From: a virus
Taxonomy: Duplodnaviria > Caudoviricetes
Direction: 5' to 3' (one strand)
DNA length: 64,000 bases
Virus record (IMG/VR): IMGVR_UViG_3300031414_000007
Coordinates: 1-64,000 of that record
This document shows, piece after piece, positions 9,076 to 19,067 of the stretch. The position numbers and the translations under genes were made by a program. A model generated the notes under the pieces. The model saw only the letters and a list, made by a program, of their open reading frames with translations, was not told the DNA's origin and ran no database searches. Numbering within the stretch: position 1 is the first letter of the stretch; each line of letters opens with the position of its first letter.

Positions 9076-10584
9076 ATGGAAATGTTTTCGCTTGGCCTGG
9101 AAGTTCGGGCCATTCGAACAGTAACGAACCCAAAGATTAAAGAAGCATACCGGACGGCCATGATGGGTCGTCTGGGTCCTTCTCACTTTAGTTCGGAAGT
9201 CACTCGCAAGGCATTCCGCCGCATAACTAAGCTGGTGGAAGTCAAGAGCGAAATAATTGAATGGGACGACTTGCTGGAAGACCCTAACCTGAGTGAGGAA
9301 TTCAGGGATAGTCTGCGTGAAGCAGAAGAAACTCCAGCAAAGACCATGAAAGGCTTTGATAAGATCTACGACAGTCTGGAGAAGTATCGCCAGCGTCGTG
9401 ACATTATGAACCTGGGTAAGATGATTGCCAAAGACTTCGGGGAAGCTGACCCGGAGGAGTTCGACGAGCATGAGTATATGCAGGGTCTGGCTGATAAGCT
9501 CGGGCAAGCGCAGCGTGGCACACGAACGACTGAGAAGGTTTGGACGTTTGGTGGCAAGAAGTCGAACGCAACAAAGTTAGCGAAGCAAGTAATCACTAAC
9601 CCGAAAGAAGTGATGTACAAGACTGGCTTCTCAAGCTACGACAAGAAGAACGGCGGCTGGCCGACGACTGGCGTAGTGCTGTTGGCCGGTTCGACGTCCG
9701 GCGGTAAGTCTGTGCTGTCAATGAACATCGCAGATCGCATGGCGAAGATGAACGGCATACACTGTTTGAAGGTCACTCTCGAAATGACCGCCGAGCAGGA
9801 AATGAAGCGTATGCTGTCCATGATCAGTGGCATCGACTTCTGGAAGATCAAGCAGGGCAAGCTGTCGAAGCGTGAGCAGAAAGAACTGCTGAAAGCTGCG
9901 AAGAAGTACGACAAGATCATGAGCAAGTCGAAGGGACGTAACTCGTTCACTTCACCTGAGCGTGGCATGTCGATTGATGACGTTCTGTATATGTCGATTC
10001 CGTATGGCGTACACGTAACGTTCATCGACTACGTTGGTCTGCTTGAAGGTATCGACAACGACAACCAGTGGCGCGAACTGTCTACCGTTGTTCGTAAAGC
10101 GAAAGTACACGCGTCGGCTACCGGCCAGCTTGTTGTTATTCTCTGTCAGTTGGATGACCAGTCTGGTCGTATTCGTTATTCCGGTGGTATGCGTGAACAC
10201 GCCGACGTGGTATGGGCATGGAACTACTCTGACCCTGAGATCCGTGAAGGCAAAATCATTCCTGTTCAGGTAATGAAAGCGCGTGATGGTGAACTGTTCG
10301 AGATGCCTCTGAAAGACGTGTTTGAGAAAATGCGTGTTGAAGATGCTGACGAGGGCACAGAGGTACCGAAGTCGAAAGCCATGTCTGCTGACGATATGGA
10401 AGGTGGAGATTCCAAGAAGAAATTCGGAAAAGGTAATTTCAAGAAGAAAGGCGATAAGATTGAGATTAAGAAGTCTCGTCGTGGTGCTGCTGCGTTCCTT
10501 AATTCAGGTAACGATAGCGATGACGATGATGACGACGACCTGCCGAAGAAAAAGAAAAAGCGCAAGTCCTATGACGTAGCTTAG
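9076..10584 (+). CDS. dnaB: DnaB-like replicative helicase
   Basis: Walker A LLAGSTSGGKS, VTLEM, FIDY, LCQL, REHADVV, KARDG; acidic/basic tail. Confidence 0.9.
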   Translation: MEMFSLGLEVRAIRTVTNPKIKEAYRTAMMGRLGPSHFSSEVTRKAFRRITKLVEVKSEIIEWDDLLEDPNLSEEFRDSLREAEETPAKTMKGFDKIYDSLEKYRQRRDIMNLGKMIAKDFGEADPEEFDEHEYMQGLADKLGQAQRGTRTTEKVWTFGGKKSNATKLAKQVITNPKEVMYKTGFSSYDKKNGGWPTTGVVLLAGSTSGGKSVLSMNIADRMAKMNGIHCLKVTLEMTAEQEMKRMLSMISGIDFWKIKQGKLSKREQKELLKAAKKYDKIMSKSKGRNSFTSPERGMSIDDVLYMSIPYGVHVTFIDYVGLLEGIDNDNQWRELSTVVRKAKVHASATGQLVVILCQLDDQSGRIRYSGGMREHADVVWAWNYSDPEIREGKIIPVQVMKARDGELFEMPLKDVFEKMRVEDADEGTEVPKSKAMSADDMEGGDSKKKFGKGNFKKKGDKIEIKKSRRGAAAFLNSGNDSDDDDDDDLPKKKKKRKSYDVA

Positions 10585-10592
10585 GAGTCTTC

Positions 10593-10835
10593 ATGGACAA
10601 TATCGAATGGCTCGTCTTTGATGATGAAGCCCGTAATAACATAGACAAGGATTATGTCTATTACGTCCGCACCAAGGAGGGTGCGGAGTACAGTGGTATG
10701 TACCCGAACGGTAATGGCTTCCACTGTCAGAACCCAGGTGAAGGTCGTAGGACTGATATGAGTGATGTTACTCACTATTCGGTTCAGATGACCTTTGACG
10801 ATCATGCCGACCAGTTCGTATTCAAACGTGGGTAA
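10593..10835 (+). CDS. hypothetical protein
   Basis: SD AGGAG before ATG; 80 aa. Confidence 0.7.
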   Translation: MDNIEWLVFDDEARNNIDKDYVYYVRTKEGAEYSGMYPNGNGFHCQNPGEGRRTDMSDVTHYSVQMTFDDHADQFVFKRG

Positions 10836-11631
10836 GCAGTTCGAAGGCCCATACGGACTTGTTGAGTCTGATTCCCTTGTCCCGCGTTGGACGTACCCTG
10901 TTAAGCATGGACAGGTACGTCGTGTAGAAGCGTGGGAACTAGATAAGTTATCAAACACCACAACGCAAGTGCGTATGGTGAATGATATCCATGCGATTCA
11001 CAGCACGCCAGTAGAGGACTACGATGATGACGCACTCGACCTCGACGAAGAAGCCGCAGCGCTCTCAAAAACTGAGTCCCGACTTCTTATCAAGCCTCGA
11101 CTCAATGAAGTCAGAGCCCGTAAGAACAAAAACCACGTTGGTCCAGAAAACGTCTTCACCGTCGAAAGTGAAGTAATTGACGGTACGTTGGATAGCGTCG
11201 ATGAACACGCTAAGACCTTCCGTGACTATTTGCTGCATCAGGTATTCAGCCCGATACTTGGGTTTGATATTGCGGCCGGTGAAGTGGAAGCGATCTCGAA
11301 AGACTGTCTCAAAACAGACCTAGAGATTGATAGCGAGCTTGTGCCTTATATCGAGCGCGTAGGGCTTGCTAACATCATCGGTGTGATGCTCTCAAAGTCT
11401 CAATCGGTACCAGAGTCGGTGCGCAGTGATGTACTGAAAGACTGGCTGATCAAATCGTTTGACGATGTACGCGCAGAGCATAAGGCGAAGACGGGCACCA
11501 ACACGTTACGCGCCCAGATACGTCGATTGATGCACGGCAACGATGACCTTGTTGCTAAAGGCGTTGGTATAGGAACAACGCGCGGTTACACTGAACACAG
11601 GAAGAAGCAGAACGAGAATGGCCAAGCCTAA
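10795..11631 (+). CDS. hypothetical protein (positional candidate for small terminase)
   Basis: 278-aa ORF overlapping the terL start; function inferred from position only. Confidence 0.7.
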   Translation: MTIMPTSSYSNVGKQFEGPYGLVESDSLVPRWTYPVKHGQVRRVEAWELDKLSNTTTQVRMVNDIHAIHSTPVEDYDDDALDLDEEAAALSKTESRLLIKPRLNEVRARKNKNHVGPENVFTVESEVIDGTLDSVDEHAKTFRDYLLHQVFSPILGFDIAAGEVEAISKDCLKTDLEIDSELVPYIERVGLANIIGVMLSKSQSVPESVRSDVLKDWLIKSFDDVRAEHKAKTGTNTLRAQIRRLMHGNDDLVAKGVGIGTTRGYTEHRKKQNENGQA

Positions 11632-14449
11632 AAAGGGCCCAGCTTTTACCATACGTCCAAAACGAATAGCTGCGTTTGATGCGCTGCTTGGTGATGACGT
11701 AAACGTGAAAGCCTCCTCTGACGATGAAGATTTTCTGTCGGAGAATAGTTCGAGTGCGATTAGCTTTCTCGAAAAGGGCGAGGTCAACATTGTCGATCTC
11801 GTTGAAGGCGCTTTAGAACAACGCACACTTGTGCCGCGTGACTTGAAGTTTGATGACAGTGCAATGCCCAAGGCGAAACACTTCCTTGAGTGGTGTACGA
11901 GTCCAGAGTTCTTGAAAGCAGACCCGTATCTCGAACAGGCCCTTATTGGCCTTCGTCTATTTGGCGAAATTTGTGTGCGCTGTAGTCCTAACTTGCAGTG
12001 GATGTACACAGAGAATCATGAGCCACAAGAAACTACAGCCGCGATTGAGAAGCACCTGCACCTGTTACACAATGGTGTGTGCCCTCATTGCGGCGCTCGT
12101 CGTTCTGAGATGATTCGTAACGGTGAGATGAACTTCTATAACGAACTGGCGGTTAACGCCGGACAGCGTTGTGTGATAGCGTCAACTCCTGTTCTTACTT
12201 CTCGTGGCATCATGCCCATCGGTCACATGATGATTGGACACGACAGTCCTGGGTTCCACAAGCCGCAGCGTAACTTCAATGCGCACAACGGCCGTGAGAT
12301 CAAGAACGTCAGCCAAGTCTATGTGTCTGATGAAGCACCCACCAAAGTCGTCACGCTTGCAAACGGCATGTGGATTGAAGCAACTCATGAGCACCCCGTG
12401 CGCACTGAGCAGGGCTTTAAGAAAGTGTCTAAGCTGCGTGGTGGTGAGCGTATTGAGATTAAACTCGGTACGAACTCGTGGGGCAAGATTCAACGTCCTG
12501 TCAGTATCTATGATGCTGGACTGTCTACACGCGAAGAAGCGTTGCGTTATATCTCCGAACGCAGTGTGCCTCTTGGTGAGAAGATGCAGTACGTTACCGA
12601 AGACGTTGACGCACTTCAAATGGTGTGGTCGATTCTTATCAATGCTGGACACATGCCGCAGATCGTTCACGGTACGCGTATGTGGAGCTTGGTGTATGAC
12701 TTGACCGAGAAGCCTGAGTGTCGCTCTGTTCACGTCGAAGTAATGTCAGTTGACGACGGTACTCCGCAGGTAACGTATGACTTGCAGATGGAAGGTCTGC
12801 CTCAATTCGTAGCCAGCGGTATGCTGCATCATAACAGCGGTAAGTCCGTTGTAGTAGCAATGATCTCGACCTATCTGACGCACAGGCTGCTTATGTCGCA
12901 GTCGCCTACAGGCATTCTGAGCATCGACAACACAACCGTACTGCACGGCACGTTCGTCGCACTGACACAGAAGCAGGCGGCAGATACACTCTGGACTCCA
13001 TACTTCAACTACATTATGGGTAGTCCTTGGTTCCAAGCATACCACGATGTGATTCGCAAACACGAACGCCGTTATGGTATAGAGGTGATGAAGATTCGTG
13101 ACACGTTCGTTCTGTACGGTCATCGTAACTTTGTTATCTACCCTGCTGGACCAGATGGTCGTATTCTTCGTGGTCGAACCCGTGTGCTGGCGGTAATCGA
13201 CGAAGTGGCGTACTTCGACAACGACGCCCAATCGAAGAAGATCAAAGTAAGTGCTGGTGCGGTGTATGGTGCACTTGACCGTTCACTTGCAACCGTTCGC
13301 GCTAAAGAAAAACGCCAGGTCGAAGCTGGTTATGATGAAGCGTTCACAGGTTACTTCTGCAACATCAGTAGCCCTGTACACGCCCGTGATAAAATCAACG
13401 AACTGCTTCGTATGTCAGTTGGTTCGAAGACGCTGCTTGGGATTCACGCTCCTACATGGAAGATGAACCCAGACATGCCGCGTAACTCCGAGTTCCTGCT
13501 AGAAGCGTTTCGTCGTGACCCTGTAGGTGCAGCCCGAGATTATGGAGCTGAGGCACCGTTGTCTGCAAACCCTTTCATCACGCAGCCTACGTTTATCGCA
13601 GATGCTATCCGTGCGAAAGGTCGTTCGATGTGTACGTATACCCACCACATCATTCGACACAAAGATGGCGAACGCCAGCGTTATGGCAGTCTCGTCAAAG
13701 CAGCAACGACAACCAAAGCGTCGATACTTGCAATTGACGCAGGCTTCTCAAACAACAGCTTCGCACTCGTCACAGGGTCACGCGATGATGCAGGGATTAT
13801 CAGTGTCGATTGTCTTGTGGAGATCGTACCGAAGCCAGGCATACCGCTCAACTATACCCTCATATTTGACGAACTCCTAATTCCGTTGTGCAAAGCGCGT
13901 AACGTTCGCGTAATGCTCGCCGACCAGTGGCAGTCACTCAAGCTGCTGCAAGATGCGAAACTGAAAGTGGATTCAATTGAGGAGTCCGACCAGTATAGCC
14001 TGAAGTATCAGGATATGTGGACTGTCAAGACGATGTTCGAGTCAAACCCGAGTCGTATCAGTCTGCCTCGCATGGTTCACGCAGAGACGATTGCTGACAC
14101 ATTGAAATACGACGGCGACGAATATCCTCAGTGCTTCGAGAACAAACCAACAGAGCACTTGATCATGCAGTTGCAGACGGTACAAGATACCGGACGCAGC
14201 GTAATCAAGAACACAGGCGCAACAGATGACCTGTGGCGAGCAATGGCACTCATGGTATATGGCTTTGAGTGTGGTGAGTATGACGAGTATCTGACGAAAG
14301 CCGCAGAGGTGACTGTTAACCGTGACCCGAATCGCTTGGGCCGCGTAGCACATCGTCTTAACTCAGGCACTGCCGGAAGCTCACGTCCTGCGCTGACAGG
14401 TGGTCGAGTTCTTGGTTCTGCTCGTACCCGAATGATTGGCCGTAAATAA
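11618..14449 (+). CDS. terL: terminase large subunit, intein-containing
   Basis: Walker A AGQR|SGKS split by an intein; Walker B LAVIDE; nuclease ILAIDAG and DDLWRA. Confidence 0.9.
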   Translation: MAKPKKGPAFTIRPKRIAAFDALLGDDVNVKASSDDEDFLSENSSSAISFLEKGEVNIVDLVEGALEQRTLVPRDLKFDDSAMPKAKHFLEWCTSPEFLKADPYLEQALIGLRLFGEICVRCSPNLQWMYTENHEPQETTAAIEKHLHLLHNGVCPHCGARRSEMIRNGEMNFYNELAVNAGQRCVIASTPVLTSRGIMPIGHMMIGHDSPGFHKPQRNFNAHNGREIKNVSQVYVSDEAPTKVVTLANGMWIEATHEHPVRTEQGFKKVSKLRGGERIEIKLGTNSWGKIQRPVSIYDAGLSTREEALRYISERSVPLGEKMQYVTEDVDALQMVWSILINAGHMPQIVHGTRMWSLVYDLTEKPECRSVHVEVMSVDDGTPQVTYDLQMEGLPQFVASGMLHHNSGKSVVVAMISTYLTHRLLMSQSPTGILSIDNTTVLHGTFVALTQKQAADTLWTPYFNYIMGSPWFQAYHDVIRKHERRYGIEVMKIRDTFVLYGHRNFVIYPAGPDGRILRGRTRVLAVIDEVAYFDNDAQSKKIKVSAGAVYGALDRSLATVRAKEKRQVEAGYDEAFTGYFCNISSPVHARDKINELLRMSVGSKTLLGIHAPTWKMNPDMPRNSEFLLEAFRRDPVGAARDYGAEAPLSANPFITQPTFIADAIRAKGRSMCTYTHHIIRHKDGERQRYGSLVKAATTTKASILAIDAGFSNNSFALVTGSRDDAGIISVDCLVEIVPKPGIPLNYTLIFDELLIPLCKARNVRVMLADQWQSLKLLQDAKLKVDSIEESDQYSLKYQDMWTVKTMFESNPSRISLPRMVHAETIADTLKYDGDEYPQCFENKPTEHLIMQLQTVQDTGRSVIKNTGATDDLWRAMALMVYGFECGEYDEYLTKAAEVTVNRDPNRLGRVAHRLNSGTAGSSRPALTGGRVLGSARTRMIGRK
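12170..12835 (+). mobile_element. intein (222 aa) in terminase Walker A, homing endonuclease largely lost
   Basis: begins CVIASTPVLT, has EATHEHPV block B and ends TYDLQM..MLHHN followed by Ser. Confidence 0.92.
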
Positions 14450-14451
14450 GC

Positions 14452-14457
14452 TAATTT
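14452..14457 (+). promoter_or_regulatory. TAATTT motif (putative late promoter class B)
   Basis: intergenic, about 35 nt before the Zn-finger/portal operon. Confidence 0.4.
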
Positions 14458-14489
14458 AGTAGAGTACAGTAATCACAAGGAACAAGATC

Positions 14490-14705
14490 ATGAGCAAGCA
14501 CTATAACCCGTTGCTAAACAATAACTCTGTAAAGTCAGAGTCTGGAGCAAACTCTGTGGAGAGCACAAGCGGCGCATTTGTTGTTGCGTCTGCTAACGTC
14601 TGTCCTAAGTGTAGCTCTACTACAGTGCCGACTAAACTGCTTTCCGGTGAGGACGTAATGTTCTGCACCGGTTGCCGCGTAAGTCTCGCAATCCCTTTAG
14701 AGTGA
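14490..14705 (+). CDS. small zinc-ribbon protein
   Basis: CPKC..CTGC; SD AAGGA. Confidence 0.8.
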   Translation: MSKHYNPLLNNNSVKSESGANSVESTSGAFVVASANVCPKCSSTTVPTKLLSGEDVMFCTGCRVSLAIPLE

Positions 14706-14712
14706 GGTAACG

Positions 14713-16653
14713 ATGGGTATTCAGGTTGGTCGTCGTCAATTGGGCGGCGCACCCTCGGAGCCTGCAAAGAAGAAACAAAATTCTCTCGGCGCAGCCTCCT
14801 TACCGCGCGAGATAGGCAAAGCGATCCGCAGTGAGAGTTCACGTCGTCATACAGACTTCGTATCTCAATCTGCGGGTGGCGCAGGAATGGCTGCTGGTAA
14901 CATGCAGATTGGTTCTGTACCTCTGGATATCGACTTAGAGCCGATGATGGAAGGTATGGACTATGATGCTGACGACCGACAGCTATTCAATGTCTACCGC
15001 GATATGTACCACTTCGACCCAATCTGCGGTTCCTACGTAGACTTGTTCTCAACGCTGCCATTCTCCGACGTGAGTTTCAGTGGCGCGAAGGACAGTGTGC
15101 TTGAGCCGTACTACGAAGTGAACGAGCGTCTGTCACTGACCACCAGCATGCCGAATATCACAACTGATATTCAGGTTACTGGCGCGTTTGTTGGCAGTAT
15201 GATCTACAACAAAGACCGTAAGAAGTTCATCGACCTGATGACGCACCGTTACGACAACATCGACGTAACGCCTCTGCCGTTTATCAGCCAAGACCCGATG
15301 TTCGAGCTGCGCATTCCTCAGTACGTGAAGTCTGCTTTCGCTAAAGAAGGTAAACGTATTGACGCGCTGAAAAAAGAACTCGGCTCTGGTTTCGTTGATA
15401 AGTTGATGAACGACGTGACGATGGAACTCGACCCTATCGGCACAATCTATATTCCGCGTAAGACGTTCAGCTTTGGTGAAGGTATCTCGGTGTTACGCCG
15501 TGTGCTGCCAATCTGGCTGATCGAAAAGAACCTGTATCGTGGAACGCTGATTGAGTCTGGTCGTCGTCAACGCGGTATCTTACATGCCCAGCTGGGTGAT
15601 GGTGATCAGTGGGAACCGTCGCAAGAAGAAATGGACTTTATGACCGACCTTCTTCTGTCTGCGGATAGTGACCCGATTGGATCTATCATCACAACTCGTC
15701 TGGGCGTGAACATCAGTGAGTTCCGTCAGGGCGGTGACTTCTGGAAGATTACGGATATCTGGGACCAGACCGCGCAATTCAAAATGCGCGCGATGGGTAT
15801 CAGTGAAGCGTTCCTCAGCGGTGAAGCGAACTATGACTCTGGTGCTGCTGGCTTGACTATCTTCGTTGAAGCGATGCGAGCGTTCCGTGATCATCTGACG
15901 CGTAAAGTCTACTACGAGAAAGTCTTCCCACTTATCAGTATGATGAACGGCTTGGCTGTTCAGCGTAACGGTAAGATCATCAAGAAGAACAATCTCATGG
16001 AAGGCGGCCTGACCGAAGTAATGTACAAACTGAATGACGGCAGCAAGCTGTTTATTCCGAACGTGCATTGGTCTAAGCAACTGCGTCCTGACGTTGACCA
16101 AGCGATGATGGAAAACTTACGTGCGATGACTGAGCTGGGTGTTCCGGTTCCGTTACGTGCTATCGCTGCTGCTGGCGGGTATAACTTCGACCAGATTCTT
16201 ATGGATCAGGATGAAGACCTCGCAATGCGTCGTAAGCTGATGGCCTATCGCAAACGTCAGTCTGAAATCGACGCTGAGTTTGCTCCGCCTGAGCCTGGTG
16301 CTGGTGGGGATGGTGACAGCTTTAGTTCTGTCAGTAGCATGTCTGCTGATCGTGACTTACAACGTCGCCGTCGTCACATCGCGGGCATTGGTCTGTCGTC
16401 TGCTGTTCTTGGTGGTGAGCAACGCAAGCTGCTTAACCGCGACTTCGGTGAGCGTTCTGAAATCTTCGAAATCGGTAAGACTGGTAAGAAGAAGCACGTC
16501 TTCCGTCAGTCGGTGGCAAACAGCAAAGCGAATGATGCTATCTGGAAAGCCTCAAAGAACTATGAAGCCAACAAAACGATGCCTCTTGATAACGGCAAGG
16601 TATCATTCCAGCCGACTCCTCAGGAGCTTCGTGCAATGTCGAGACTTCGTTAA
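14713..16653 (+). CDS. probable portal protein
   Basis: 646 aa, downstream of terL, helical composition; assignment from size and position. Confidence 0.6.
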   Translation: MGIQVGRRQLGGAPSEPAKKKQNSLGAASLPREIGKAIRSESSRRHTDFVSQSAGGAGMAAGNMQIGSVPLDIDLEPMMEGMDYDADDRQLFNVYRDMYHFDPICGSYVDLFSTLPFSDVSFSGAKDSVLEPYYEVNERLSLTTSMPNITTDIQVTGAFVGSMIYNKDRKKFIDLMTHRYDNIDVTPLPFISQDPMFELRIPQYVKSAFAKEGKRIDALKKELGSGFVDKLMNDVTMELDPIGTIYIPRKTFSFGEGISVLRRVLPIWLIEKNLYRGTLIESGRRQRGILHAQLGDGDQWEPSQEEMDFMTDLLLSADSDPIGSIITTRLGVNISEFRQGGDFWKITDIWDQTAQFKMRAMGISEAFLSGEANYDSGAAGLTIFVEAMRAFRDHLTRKVYYEKVFPLISMMNGLAVQRNGKIIKKNNLMEGGLTEVMYKLNDGSKLFIPNVHWSKQLRPDVDQAMMENLRAMTELGVPVPLRAIAAAGGYNFDQILMDQDEDLAMRRKLMAYRKRQSEIDAEFAPPEPGAGGDGDSFSSVSSMSADRDLQRRRRHIAGIGLSSAVLGGEQRKLLNRDFGERSEIFEIGKTGKKKHVFRQSVANSKANDAIWKASKNYEANKTMPLDNGKVSFQPTPQELRAMSRLR

Positions 16654-16988
16654 TGTACAACGTGTCAACGTGTTCTATTGACGGCGAAGAAAAGGTGGTG
16701 GTGTATCGCCACCCTATCTTTACCGATTACGGGATAGGCTTGAAGATTGATCGCAGTGGCGAAATGACTTCCGTTCAGTGTAACATTGTTACTGGCTCCA
16801 TCGACGGACAGTCTAAGCTGGAGGTCATCACGGACCACACGGCACCTCTCGAAGTACAGGTGTGGTGTTTTACGTGTATGCTGACTCTGCGGGAATCTGT
16901 AAATATGCAGAGCCTATCATTAGATGCCCTATTCCCAAACAACGGGGGCATCGTATACTACAACCAAAATCAGGAGAGTACATCGTGA
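16653..16988 (+). CDS. hypothetical protein
   Basis: TAATG coupling to the portal gene. Confidence 0.65.
   Translation: MYNVSTCSIDGEEKVVVYRHPIFTDYGIGLKIDRSGEMTSVQCNIVTGSIDGQSKLEVITDHTAPLEVQVWCFTCMLTLRESVNMQSLSLDALFPNNGGIVYYNQNQESTS
16894..16905 (+). promoter_or_regulatory. AATCTGTAAATA motif (class A)
   Basis: exact copy about 90 nt upstream of GTG 16985. Confidence 0.55.
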
Positions 16989-17371
16989 GTGGATTATTCC
17001 CGCATCGCGTTATCAGTGAGAAAGAAGGTTTCGTATTCATCGTTCAGCCTGCTGACGATAACGATCCTGATGCCGTGGACGCGGCAAAAGAGGTTGAAGA
17101 AGTTCTGAAAGAAGCGTGGCCTACTGCGCCGTCAGAACTGACTGTCGCTGACGTGACAGACCCCGAAGAAGCCGAACTGATCTACGCTGACGTTGCGCAA
17201 CTGCTGGAAGAAGCAGAGCGTGAAGAAGCGAAGCAGATCGTAATCACCAGCATCGTTATCGTTGGCAATCTGGCCATCGTAAACTGTATGCTGACCGGCG
17301 AAGATATGGAAGAAGACGACGAAGACGAAGACGATGATTCCATTGAAGCCGACGAAGAAGAGTTCGATTAA
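16985..17371 (+). CDS. acidic hypothetical protein
   Basis: GTG start after AGGAG; D/E-rich tail. Confidence 0.75.
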   Translation: MSGLFPHRVISEKEGFVFIVQPADDNDPDAVDAAKEVEEVLKEAWPTAPSELTVADVTDPEEAELIYADVAQLLEEAEREEAKQIVITSIVIVGNLAIVNCMLTGEDMEEDDEDEDDDSIEADEEEFD

Positions 17372-17380
17372 CGTCTGCCG

Positions 17381-17400
17381 TGAGGACCTTCGGGTCCTCA
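17381..17400 (+). promoter_or_regulatory. perfect cUUCGg hairpin covering the SD and start of the next ORF
   Basis: TGAGGACC-TTCG-GGTCCTCA; no U-tract. Confidence 0.55.
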
Positions 17401-17534
17401 TGAATCTCGCAGATACCAACGTTGCTTATGCAGCGAAGTTCCTTACCAACAAGACAGACGACGAAGCACGTAGTTTGCTTGCTGCGCTCAAAAATGAGGA
17501 AGTAGAATCACTGTACGACTTCTTGGTGACGTAA
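17400..17534 (+). CDS. small hypothetical protein (44 aa)
   Basis: ATG 17400 in frame with the track ORF; stop overlaps next ATG. Confidence 0.55.
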   Translation: MNLADTNVAYAAKFLTNKTDDEARSLLAALKNEEVESLYDFLVT

Positions 17535-18031
17535 TGGAAACAACATCATTGGACGAAAGTCCTAATAACGCAAGGCATCGCATCTTTTACAAGCAGCCGA
17601 AACGAGTACCTCCCTTCGATACAGCTTTCGTTCGTTCTTCCAACAAAGAAGGTCTGAAAGTTCTCCTATCGGCTGCTCCTGAACATTGTCAGATTATTTT
17701 GTTTACGGACGGTCCCGGCGCTGCTTACGCCATGAAACGCCTCTTTAAGCGCAACTTCAAACTCTGTTCGCAAGCTCTCCAACTTGACCTAAGAACTCTC
17801 ACGTTCACAGGTCAGGTCGTTTTTCAGTTCGTTCGTGGTGGTGCAGTCGTCGATCCACTTTCTCGCTACTTCTGTGCTGGCGAAAGCTATTTGCATGAGC
17901 TGGCTCAGACAACGAAGATTGCTCAGGTTGATACAGATACGATTGATTTATTCTGTTGCGGCCTAGGGTTTCATCGTGCGTTACTTGAGCGTGGTCGAGG
18001 CCGTTCTCTCGTATTCGCGGAGGAAGAATGA
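17534..18031 (+). CDS. hypothetical protein
   Basis: 165-aa ORF translationally coupled on both sides. Confidence 0.7.
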   Translation: METTSLDESPNNARHRIFYKQPKRVPPFDTAFVRSSNKEGLKVLLSAAPEHCQIILFTDGPGAAYAMKRLFKRNFKLCSQALQLDLRTLTFTGQVVFQFVRGGAVVDPLSRYFCAGESYLHELAQTTKIAQVDTDTIDLFCCGLGFHRALLERGRGRSLVFAEEE

Positions 18032-19056
18032 GTAGATCGTTTGCCAGTATCGGAAGGAATTCCGCGCCTGGCTCAGTGCCGAAGATGAAGATCAAGTACG
18101 GCAAGCTGCCGATGCTTCACATTGTTGATGCGTCGAACTGGATGTGCCGTGCTTACTTCGCTACGCAGAAAAGTCCTACGTATGCAAAAGATGGTACGCC
18201 TACGTATGGTCTGCGTCAGTTTATGTACATGGCGAAAGACCTGATTGACATTGCGGCTAAAGATCCTAATGGCTCCTACATAGCTTTCTGCTTTGACCCA
18301 AGCAGTAGCGAAACGTGGCGCTATCGTGCTCTCCAGCAATGGGCCTCAGAGCATAAGAAGAAATACATTCGACAGGTGTTCAAGAAGTCTAGCGACTACA
18401 AGGGTAACCGCGACCGTTCTTTGACCCAAGAGCTTGGTCCGCAGATGGCTCTTGCTCGTGAGATACTGAGCATGGCTGGCTACTACGTTGGGCTGAAACG
18501 TCCATACGAATGCGATGACCTTGTCGGTACGTTGAGCGACCGCTTTAAGCATGACTATCTTATCAAGCTGTACTCGCGCGATAAAGACTACGTGCAACTT
18601 GTTGACCACAAGAACGTGGAGCTTATCATGCAGGCGCAGTCGAATGCTCCAGAGCGTCGATTCGATCTCAAAACGGCACAGGGCTTCTTTGGTGTTCCGC
18701 CGGACCGAGTTGTTGATATGCTCGCGCTTTCTGGAGATAGCGTCGATAACGTTCCTGGGATTCCTGGACTTGGCGAGAAGACTTCTGCCGAGCTTATTCG
18801 CAAGTGGGGCGGTGCGTTAGGCATACGCGACGCGCTGCTTAGTGGTAAGCTGAAATCAAACGCAGGTTGGGCGAAAGCACTGACCATGCAGATTCCAGCA
18901 ATGGATATTGAATTGCAAATGGAGCTTGTAACTATCGACCGCAACGTTCCGACGTTACCTCGTAAACTCGAAGCGTTCGCACCAGGCAGACCTGATATAA
19001 AAGCGTTGAAAGCTACTAAGAAACGCTTGGCTCTGCCTCAACTATTACACGTCTAG
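18028..19056 (+). CDS. 5'-3' exonuclease / flap endonuclease (Pol I N-terminal, T5 D15-like)
   Basis: IVDASNWMCRAYFA, YECDDLVGTL, SRDKDYVQL, LSGDSVDNVPGIPGLGEKT (H3TH). Confidence 0.92.
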   Translation: MSRSFASIGRNSAPGSVPKMKIKYGKLPMLHIVDASNWMCRAYFATQKSPTYAKDGTPTYGLRQFMYMAKDLIDIAAKDPNGSYIAFCFDPSSSETWRYRALQQWASEHKKKYIRQVFKKSSDYKGNRDRSLTQELGPQMALAREILSMAGYYVGLKRPYECDDLVGTLSDRFKHDYLIKLYSRDKDYVQLVDHKNVELIMQAQSNAPERRFDLKTAQGFFGVPPDRVVDMLALSGDSVDNVPGIPGLGEKTSAELIRKWGGALGIRDALLSGKLKSNAGWAKALTMQIPAMDIELQMELVTIDRNVPTLPRKLEAFAPGRPDIKALKATKKRLALPQLLHV

Positions 19057-19067
19057 TAGAGGACAGC

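Noticed and set aside
10510-10566. GAT/GAC and AAG/AAA trinucleotide runs
   Set aside because: They are coding poly-Asp/poly-Lys tracts, not DNA repeat elements; considered at protein level instead
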